Shown here piece by piece: positions 36,379 to 46,600 of a stretch of 64,000 bases of DNA. Position 1 is the first letter of the stretch. The number at the start of each line of letters is the position of its first letter. Under the pieces are notes generated by a model. The model had not been told where the DNA came from. It saw nothing but the letters and a program-made list of their open reading frames with translations, and searched no databases. Origin of the DNA: Macrostomum lignano (Eukaryota). Position numbers and translations under genes: made by a program. Where the stretch lies: contig NIVC01002657.1 of assembly GCA_002269645.1 (NCBI GenBank), forward strand, positions 1-64,000. The letters run 5' to 3'.

Positions 36379-39300
36379 TTACGCTTCCATTAAGAACCAT
36401 TAAATTGGTCAATGCTAAATCTGCCCGAGCACCTCCCTCTGGGGACGGGAAAACTATAGAGGCTATGTGATACTGAGCAGAGAACTATTTACAGTATCAA
36501 TTCCGTTTTACTCCCTTCTCTCAATATTAACAACCAAACCTCTTTATCTCTTCCAATTTTGTCTAATTATATCAATGTTTTACATTATACATTCTAACTG
36601 TAAGGCTGGTCTGTTAACAGTCTGATCTATTAGGAAACAATGATAGAAGGTAGACCGGTGCGAACTCGTCCAATAGGAGGTGCTGATGTAGTCTGCTGGT
36701 AACAGAACGTTTATACAAAGGGCTCGCCCATAAGGGTCAGGTCCCTTGTATTTACCAAATTCTTTGACACACCATACTTAAACCTTCGTTATCGTAAAGG
36801 TGTTAGCAAATCAATTGCAGCCAGCCAAGCTCAAGGGCGGATACATTCACTCACAGTAGTCAATAACAGACCAGCTCTAATTTTACACATAACAATCGAA
36901 ATTTCTACAATCCTTTGTGCATCATTTCATTTCACTGTATAAAAATTTTACACTTAATATTTGTTTTTAATTTCAACCATTCACTACACTGTTTTACTAA
37001 TCATTACTCAATCATTTGTTTTAAGTTTTAAATTTAATTGTGCAGATTCTTATAGTTTATCTTTAGTTTTAATACTGTATCGATTTAATTTGTTTTTACT
37101 TTTCCAAACTTGACCACTAAAATATCATACAACTGGAAACAAAATACATCAATTGCGTAAGAGCCCCCCAGGGCTGAGGCGCAGGGCTTTCGTTTGCCCA
37201 CTTATAAACTGAAAACTTGGAAAAGAATCCTTGCCTCGGTACTCTGACATTTAACTTGGATATTTCACCCAAGGAAGTGGTAAGAAGGGGAAGAAAAAGG
37301 GGAATATAATTTAGGAACGCACAAGAAGAGTCTTGCCACTAAAAACTGATTGGGAGTATAACTAAATATAAACTAACAGGAATTAGGGAACTAATGTAAA
37401 AGCAACTTTTGTACGTTAACGTTTTATTCCTTTATTAAAACTTTATTAACCGTTAAAATTACTTCATTGATGTCCTGACTCAATTATTTAATCTAAGAAA
37501 TCGAATTAGGGAAAAGCAGAAACCTGGTGGCAGCGAATCTACCAAACTCAACCAGTATAACCAGTAAATCCACTAGAAAATCTTAACTGTAAAAACCAGT
37601 ACGCCTAGACCGCAGGCCCACGACTTGTCCAATTGGTGGCAGCTTAGAGGATTAGAATACCCGAGAAGCGCATATACATTAGACTGGGGCATAGAAAGGA
37701 TTAGTGGATCAGTAAGGGATTAACGGATTAACTCCTATGTGCTGAAATTAGAACTAAAACTAACACAAATTTACTAATTAGGTTCTAAATTAGAGATTTA
37801 ATGTACATGGTCAGTTGGTCTTGTCCAGTTTAAAAAAAATTACCGAAGTGTTAATGTTAGTCCTACTAGTACTAGTATATTAGAGTGAACTTATTTTCTT
37901 CTGCCTATAGACTTAAAAATTATCTCGTAAGTATACATGTAACAGTCCTATATTTTTATAGCATGCTAATCTCTTTTTAACAATTCTTTGTGTATATATT
38001 AAATTCTTCATTAGTTTAGGGTTAGGGTTAAAAAGTAGGTATTTTTTGTTATTGAAACCTTTTATATGAAAACCCATGCTTTGAAAATTTTCGTTATCAA
38101 CCATGATCTGCGCATACAAATCCGTAATAAAATCATTAGTACTTACCGCTTTTCGTTTCATTTTAACGCGTTGTTATCATTAGTAATCATCATTGTTATC
38201 ATTAGTAATAATACGTCTATTGAATGATTATTTTATTAGCAACTTAATAATCTTGCCTTATATCTGTGATAATGCTTCTGTAACACAAAATATTTGCTTT
38301 AAATTGTCCGCTATCTTTAATAATTTGCTATAAATACAAGGCATGAAGTCTTCGTTCAACCCGACTTGTGCTGATTGCTATTATGCTTAGTGCTGAACAT
38401 TTTGTTCTAAAAATAGCAATTGAGTCAGCCTCGTTCATTTAGAGACGTGCAGTCTCTTCCTTTCCTTTCGCAAGAGTGTACAGTGCCTCCCTTCCTCCAG
38501 GCGAATTGCCCGCCATCTCCTCTCCAATAAAACAGGCGTGCTGCCCTTCCTATCCCCAGACCTTCAGCCTGACCTGGCGTTCCGCCAACTCCCCCTCCAG
38601 ACTTCCTATCCGATCAGGCTAATGCCTATCCCTCGCTTCTTAATTAGGCGTATTGCCTCTTCATCCCACTAGTCTTCTTGCCCACTTTTCTGTTGGGCTG
38701 CGCCCTTCCAGTGTGTATGTACTCGTACTTTTGTTTTCAGTTTTCATGCCACCCCGCCCCGTCCCCCGTCTCGCGCCCGGGCCAGGGTTTGTGAGAGGCG
38801 TAAGTCTCAACCCTGGCCTAGCCCTTTGCACCCAGCCCCCGGCCCAATCTCTGTCCAATCTGGGTGCCGACCCTACCCCCCCTCCCTCGTTGCCCGCCTC
38901 ACCCTGGGGCTGCTCGTATTGGCTGGCTGGTTGATAAGCCGGCTGGGCCCCAGGGTTTGGCTCGCCCTCTCCAGTCTGCCCCACCCCTTCCCCCTTTTTT
39001 GTGTATTATTTAAATGCTAGCCCTGAGCGGGCTGCGCTCCACGTTTACTCTCTATTGGTGTCCGCTTCGTGCTTACTGTTTTTTCCGTTCTTCGGCGTAC
39101 CTCTGCCCTTTGCGTACCAATAACTGTTTCGTGCCAATAACTGCTCCGTGCCAATAAACGCTTCGCCAATTCTAACGCTTCGTTAGTAACTCGATACATC
39201 AAGAAGAGGTGAGCTCGAGCTTTCGTTCTTCTGGGTTGCCGCGTGGGGCCGGGATCTGCAGGGACCTGGGAACGGTGAACTCTCGCCGATCCCAGGGTGT

Positions 39301-41108
39301 TCGGTCAGGCGAACTCTCGCCGAACCGAGCGAGACAGGGTAGGAATAGCCGGGGTAGAGGGCTGGGACCGGGGTGTCTCAGGCGGGAGGGCCCGAACCCT
39401 GACCCGTCCAGCGGCCATTAGGCCGAGACACAACATTTCCTATTAGGCATGCTGCCTCATATTCCCTCTCTTTATTAGGTATTTCACCCTCTATGTAAGC
39501 ATTCCCCGTTAGTTATTGAAATTCCCCCTTACTGCGCCCCGTTTCCCAGGCAACTCTGGTCCGCCGCGCAGCCCTCCCTCGGACTAAATTTAACTATAAT
39601 AGACATGTCTTGCCGCTCGGACACTACGCCACCAGGAGTTTCCTCAGGCTTACTCCTAGTAGTAGAATTTGGACATTTTTTTTATGTTTCCCTTGCTCGC
39701 AATTAGAGTAAACAACTCATCTCTCAAGCTTCTACTGATTGTGGTGATCCAGCATAGCTAGCATAGGCTGCTCCTGGGATCCCCTCTTAGTCAGTTAGTG
39801 CTTGGGCTGCAGCAGTGGGAGCTGGGCATAGGGCTGTCCCTTCCTCCTCTTCCCTTGTGCAGGCTCAGGTGTGCAGCTGTCGCGGGACAGGGAGAGAAAC
39901 TCTCTCCCCCTCTCCCCCTGGCGCAGTCTGCAATGGGCTAAAAATAGAAACATTAGTCAGTGGGATATTTCTCCTTTAGTACAGGCTTACTTAGTCAGCG
40001 GGAGTGAGAGCATAGCTCTCCGCCCGGGGTAGGATTTCGTGGGGTCTTGGTTGCACTCCTTGCATGCGGCAACATGCAAGCAGTGTACCAGCAGGCCATG
40101 CGGAGGCTGCATGATGAGGCAGATGTCTTATGGACATCTCCAAGATCGCTCCTGGCTCCGGGTAGTCCACGGAACTGCCATGGGATCTGCCACGGAACTG
40201 CCTCTGAGCTTCCCATTGGCCCTGAGACCCCCGAATTTTAGTATAAATACAGAGTAGGTGAAGGCCCAAAGAGACCATCCTCGTTCAGGAGACGATCTCC
40301 CGTTCGGAGACCGCCTGCTTGGCTTCGAGCAAAGGCTAGATTCCTAGATGCTTTTCCTAGACGAACTAGCTTAGGCAGATCGCTAGACGTTTTCCCTAGG
40401 GATAACCTGCTAACAAACCTTTGTTGCAGCTGCCATTTGCTCATTAAGACTGCCGCAGGTCTTTGTGTCAGCAGCTCGCCAGACCTTCAACACCGTCTGG
40501 ACCTGGTCTCGTGGCCTACAACCTACACTGTTGGGCAACATCAACTGACGCACAGTACAGCTTAGGGCGTTTACTGCGACACCAGTTGAGCTACTAAGCG
40601 ATATTTTAGGATCGGCCTGTGACCGTTACTCACATTAATAAACGTTTAACTGACTTGTTTGTCTTATTTATTTTCTACTTATCAGTAGGCCTACCTAGGG
40701 GTAACCTGTCGAGGATATCACCTGTGGACCTACAAGGTGGCAGCAACCCAACTACCAATACTCGGTTATTATCTAACTGTACTCAGTGGAGACTAAGAGG
40801 GGTTAATTCGGACCATAGTGCTAGACCACTCAGGCCAGCTACCGGCCGTGCTAGATAGCGAGGACAGACAGAGGAAGTAGTAGGCAACAGCAGTAATCGC
40901 CAAGAGACGGGGATCCACAAGGCCATTACATTGGTTACATTGGTGGGATCCACAGGGATTCGGCACCAGCATTACATTGGTGGCAGCGGAGAGCATTAGG
41001 CACAGCATTACACTGGTGGCAGCGGTGGGATATCAAGACCTACCCGACCACCCAGGGAAATCCTTGTTCTATCTCGAGCCAGAAGAGAAGCCGCCAAAAG
41101 TATAACAC

Positions 41109-41126
41109 TGGTGGCAGCGGTGGGAT
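41109..41126 (+). promoter_or_regulatory. Primer-binding site complementary to the tRNA-Leu 3' end, following a putative LTR end TATAACA
   Basis: TGGTGGCAGCGGTGGGAT is the reverse complement of ...AUCCCACCGCUGCCA-CCA, the 3' end of eukaryotic tRNA-Leu(AAG/UAG). It lies 65 nt upstream of gag. Confidence 0.85.
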
Positions 41127-41191
41127 ACGGTAAAACGACCACGTCAATCCTTCGTCCACCTACGTCTTAGTCTCACTTAGTAATCATAGCA

Positions 41192-42157
41192 ATGTCTATT
41201 GCCAGCAGTCGTGCTTCAATGGCACCACCTGATGATGGTGCTGGAGCCGGAGCTGAGGCACCGGTACTAGGCGAACGTCTCGATCGTCTCGCCGATGCAT
41301 TGGAGCGCCAGCTTGGTATAGGCCAAGTCAGGCAGCATGTCAAGATGGCTAAATACACGCCGTCCCAAGACATCCGCACGTGGATCAAAGCCTTCGATCT
41401 TCGCTGCGATACCGAAGACATTCGTGCCTGCCACAGGAAGGCGGAGTTGCTCGCCAACCTTGACGTGCACACGGCGTATGCTTCGGTTCTGCGCCTGAAC
41501 TTGCCAGACCATCTGGAGTACGAAGAGTTTAAGGAAGCGCTGATTGAGAGATTCTCAAAGAGAGGCGGCTCACAGGAATTCCGAGAAGATTTCCGCTGCC
41601 GAACTCAGCGCAAGAACGAGGACATTGACGAGTTTGCAGATGCTCTCCGCGAACTCGGAGAACTCGCTTATCCTTATCTCTTGCCAGCTCAGCTCGAATC
41701 AGAACTTGTTGATCAGTTCCTGAAAGGTGTCAGAACTACAATTGAGGCGAGAGAACGGCTGTACTGGGGTCGTCCAGAGACTCTACAGGACGCCAAGTTC
41801 GCCTTCAAGCGCATCGAGACAGCGCGTGAGCTTGCTGCCCGCAGCAAAGACGCACCCTGTCGCAGCCTTGGTGGGGACAAAGCTACGGTTCCCCGACAGG
41901 ACGATGAGCTTAAGAATCTAATCAGGCATCAGAATGAGGTTCTGCAGAAGCAGCAGCAGATGCTTGAGCAGCTTCTCAAGCAGACGCCAGCCGCACCTGT
42001 CAGAGATAGGCTGCAAGGCATTGTGTGCCACGAGTGCGGTAAACCAGGCCACAAGAGGCCTGACTGTCCTAAGTTCAAGGCTCAGAAGCCGGGAAACGTC
42101 CGGGCGGGGGTTGCCAACCAGGACCCTCTCCAGGGCCAACCCCCGAAGTCGCACTGA
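41192..42157 (+). CDS. gag: Ty3/Gypsy Gag with CCHC zinc knuckle
   Basis: 321-aa ORF directly after the PBS; retrotransposon gag-like region (FRCRTQRKNEDIDEFADALRELGELAYP) and CHECGKPGHKRPDC. Confidence 0.92.
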   Translation: MSIASSRASMAPPDDGAGAGAEAPVLGERLDRLADALERQLGIGQVRQHVKMAKYTPSQDIRTWIKAFDLRCDTEDIRACHRKAELLANLDVHTAYASVLRLNLPDHLEYEEFKEALIERFSKRGGSQEFREDFRCRTQRKNEDIDEFADALRELGELAYPYLLPAQLESELVDQFLKGVRTTIEARERLYWGRPETLQDAKFAFKRIETARELAARSKDAPCRSLGGDKATVPRQDDELKNLIRHQNEVLQKQQQMLEQLLKQTPAAPVRDRLQGIVCHECGKPGHKRPDCPKFKAQKPGNVRAGVANQDPLQGQPPKSH

Positions 42158-45100
42158 AGCAGTCTGGAGAGTCTGGCGATACCGTAGACTCTTCCTTTGT
42201 AAATAATGTATATAACTCTGGTGCTGATCCTTATGTAACTGCGCTTATTTTCGGCCAACAGGTTCCCTTGCTTCTCGACAGCGGGAGCAGACTGAACCTG
42301 ATGGGCCTTTCTACTTGGCGATTCTTATCGCGCAGTACTGCACATGCATGCGTAGTTACACCTACTTATTCCGATCGTATTCTAACCTATGATGGTTCTG
42401 AATTACAGCTAACCGGTAAGGTTATGCTTGATGTTGTCTTCGGAGATTTCTCAGCTGAAGCTGAATTCTACATTGTAAGCGGCGATCAGGAGAATCTCCT
42501 AGGCATTGATTTTATGAGGAAGCACTGTCGGACCTTGGAGTTCCAGACAGGAATGCTTACCCTCACTACTGGTACTTGTGTACCTGTGCGCTATACGCGC
42601 CGTGAGCCAACCTCTTGCAGAGTCTATGTTGCCGGAAAACATCAGATTCCTGCTCGAAGTTCTGGCCTTATATCTGTGCAACTGGCACGTGGCAAAGAAT
42701 CGAATTATGGAGTGCCAGCAGTGGTTGAACCACTTAGATCTGGACTCCGCGCTGGACTTTCCCAGGTCCGCGCATCTGCAGCATTGGTAACGATGCATGA
42801 AGGCAAAGGCTGCATGGAAGTCGTTAATCCTAACAACTTTCCAGTTAATATAGCCAAAGGAGCCTTGGTGGGCCTTGCCACACCGCTCCGGACGCAAGAC
42901 CTCGAGTACTATCCAGAACTGAAAGCAACACCTGTGCGCAAGTTGCACCTAGACGATAACGTCAATTCAGCCAGTGACGATTGGATCAATGAGATAGAGA
43001 TAGGCGATTCGATCACGGAGGACCAGAAGTCCCAGGTTCGAGAGCTGATCAGAGAGTCGCGTAATGCGTTCTCTACGCACACTCTTGATCACGGTCTGAC
43101 TCACCTGGTGACCCATCAGATCGTCATGCGGGACGAGACTCCAGTTAGGATTCCAGCTCGCAGGGTCCCCCCGCACCTGCAAGATCAGGTCAATCAGCTG
43201 CTAGATGAGATGCTAGAGAAGGGCTTGATCAGGCCATCTTATTCAAGCTACAGCTCTCCTATCTTAGTAGTGCCTAAGAAGGATAAATCAGTCCGCATAG
43301 TCCACGACTATCGCGAGCTGAATGAGAGATGCGAATATCGTCCATATCCGTTGCCATCTATCCAGGAGACGTTTGCATGTCTCCGTGGATCTCAATGGTT
43401 CAGCAGCTTGGATCTTGCTCAAGGATTTTATCAGATCCCGTTGCGTGAAGAGGATCGTTTTCGCACAGCCTTCTCAGTGATCAATCGAGGTCAGTTTGAG
43501 TTCAACGTCTTGCCTATGGGGCTTCGCGATAGCCCTGGAGCCTTCCAGCGATGCATCAATATGCTGCTAGACGGTATCACTAAGTTCGCCTTAGGATACA
43601 TGGATGACATTGTCATTCATAGTATTGCCTTCGAGGAGCACCTCGAACATATTCGCGAAATGTTCAGGCGGCTCATTGAAGCCAATCTTAAGCTAAAGCC
43701 ACGCAAATGCCATCTGTTTAAGACAGAGTTGCACTATCTCGGACATGTAGTCGATAGACGAGGCATTAGGACTAATGAAGACAAGGTACAGCAGATACTA
43801 GACTGGCCGCGTCCTCAGACAGTCAAGCAGCTGCAGAGCTTTCTAGGTCTCTGTAACTACTATGCCAAATTCGTCAAGAATTACGCCGAAATTGCTGCCC
43901 CGTTGCATCAATTGACTCGGAAGAACCTTGTTGGGTTCAAGGGGCTCTGGACAGAGCAACACTCGAAAGCTTTCGATGAGCTCAAGAAGAAGCTGTGCTC
44001 TACTGAGGTCCTCGCGTACCCAGAGTACAACACAGACCCAGACACAGTCTTCGTCCTGGATTGTGATGCCTCAGGTTTCCGAATCGGCGCCTGTTTAGGC
44101 CAGCGCCAATCCGATGGTGCGGAGCGGCCTGTTGCCTATTTTAGTCGGAAATTGCGCGAGCCTGAAACGAGGTACAACAACACCAAGCGTGAGCTTTTGG
44201 CCGTTGTTGACTCGATGAGGCACTTTCGTTACTACTTAATCGGCAAGAGATTTGAGGTTAGAACAGATCACAGGGCTCTTCTTTGGCTCATTCGCCAGAC
44301 TGAAGCCGAAGGGGTCCTCGGAAGGGAAGTTTGCACCAGAACGCAGACAGCTTATCAAGAAAGCCGGACGGTCCGGAGTTCGATGACTGTCGTCCTGGAG
44401 CACGGACACCCAACCAGACAGAAAATGAGGCCACTGTACCCTCAGCCCTCGGATTAGTCGAAGACGCCGACCAAGTAACATCCAGCAGTTCTGCCTCGCA
44501 GGAATCTCGTATTGCCGTCGCCGGCTCATCATGTTGTCCCTCAGTGGACCGATGTCCGACACCCGTTATTGCGGCCGTTTCTGCCGACTCAACATGTTGT
44601 TCCTCAGTGAACCGTTGTTTGGCTGGAGCGTCCGAGGCTGTCTGCCAGACTGATGCGACATGTTGTCCCTCAGTGGACCGCCGCTCGGAATGGGCAGCCA
44701 AGGTTGCTGGTTTAGCTGTGGACTTTGCCCCAGTTGGACGCCACACTACCGCACCTACGGCCATAGAAGCTGTTCGCCCTCGTGTCTCAGGTGACCTGAC
44801 CGCAGGAATCCAGACCGACGACGCAGCAAGGCCATTATCTGCTTCAATAACGGAATCAGCGAACCGTAGCGTTAGTGAGGATGTTCCTCCACGCTGTCGT
44901 GTTCTGCTTAGTGATTTTCTGTCCGAACCTCTGAAGCGAGACCAACTGCTCCTCGAGCAGCAGAAGGACCCGGACATTGAGTTCGTCAGAAATCTTTTAG
45001 CGACTAGTTCGCCCAAGCCGTCCTTTGACGCCCGACTACGTCTTAGTAGGGATACGCGCAACCTACTAGGCTACTTTGAGAGTTGCGGCTAGTAGACAAC

Positions 45101-46600
45101 CTGCTCGTCTACGATGAAGACATAGCAGACCGTCCACCGCGCATTGTGCTGCCGAAGAGTCTAGATGACCAGGTGTTCAAAGAGCTCCATGATGCTCCCT
45201 TGAGTGGACACCTTGGCGAAACTAAGACCTATCTTCGGGTTAGACAAAGGTTTTGGAGGCCGTCTTTGAGCAAAGCGGTTAAGGCCTACGTGGCCCGATG
45301 TCGGGTCTGCCTGGAGAGCAAGACTCGCCGTCGCGAAGCTGTGCCCGTGCAGAGCTTCCCAGTCTGTGAAGTAATGGGACGGCTACACTGCGACGTTGTC
45401 GGCCCAATCTCGCAGCCTGTGCGATGCTACTTCAAAATACCCTTTTGCGTTCCCTATGCGGAACCAGAAGACCAAGACCGTAGTCAAGATTCTTCAGGAA
45501 AGATTGTTTCCGGAGTACGGTGTACCGGCGTGGCTGCACACCGACCAAGGAACGAATTTCACTGGAAAGGACTTTAAGAAGTTTTGTGAGCTGTACGGCA
45601 TTAGGCACACGACTACAACGCCGTATAATCCTAGTTCGAATGGCCAGGTGGAAAATCTCAACAAGACAATCAAGAGTGTACTCACGTGCTTGCTGGAGAA
45701 GAATCACCAAGATTGGGATACCTTCCTCCCAGCATGCATGATCGCTCTGCGATCTAGCGTTCACCCGGTTACAGGGTTTACGCCCTACTTCTTGGTCTTT
45801 GGAAGAGAATATCGGATGCCCATTGATAATGAGCTTCGGGTCCCACCTGAATATCCGGACTTGCCAACGTACGTCCAAGACTTCCAGAAGAGACTAGAGG
45901 AGGCTAATAAGTTAGCCCAGGACCGTGTGAAGCTGCATCAAGAACTTCGCGATGAACATTATGAGAATCGCCCGAAGGCCAAGCAGCTCTCACCGGGTGA
46001 CCTAGTCTTCCTGAACAATCCAGTCTTAGATCAGTCTTGGGAAGCGCAGAAATTTCACAGACCACGCAAGGCTGTGTATGAAGTAGTAGAGCGCAAGGGA
46101 GAAGTGGTCTACAAGATCAGACCTCGCCTCCGGAATCCTAGGGCTCGTCGAGAGGAGTTGGTGGTGCACCGTCGCAATATGCTACCGGTTCCGCAAGCTG
46201 ACTATCCAGAGCCGGCTGGCCGGGCAGCTGAGCACCGTGCTGGGCCGCCGCATAAGCGTCGCGTTGCCCTAGAAACCACTGCCCCTCAGAATACCGGCGA
46301 AGCCGCCGATGACGTTGACGAGCTCGATGACGATGATGATGACTGGGCTCCGCGCTACTTTCTGCGTCCGGCCGCAGCATTAGCAGCGATCCCTGAAGTC
46401 GCCGAACCTGAAATGAATGAGAATGGGGAAGCTGTTCATGAGCAACCTGAAGCACACAGGGAAATAGAACAGCCCGAAGCGGTGCCCCTGGACCCTCAGC
46501 CTGTTGCTGAGCGCCCACAGAGAGACCGCCGAGCCCCGGAGAGACTAATGCTAAATCCTAGAGCTAAATCCTATGTCTCTCGAATCAAGGATGCCTTTGT
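42091..46600 (+). pseudogene. pol: Ty3/Gypsy Pol (PR-RT-RNase H-IN) with three internal deletions/frameshifts
   Basis: LLDSGS, VPKKDKSVRIVHDYRELN, LDLAQGFYQI, YMDDIV, VLDCDASG, FEVRTDHRAL, ELHDAPLSGHLG, CRVC, LHTDQGTNF, NGQVENLN. Frame breaks at ~44325, ~45080 and ~45420. Confidence 0.93.
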
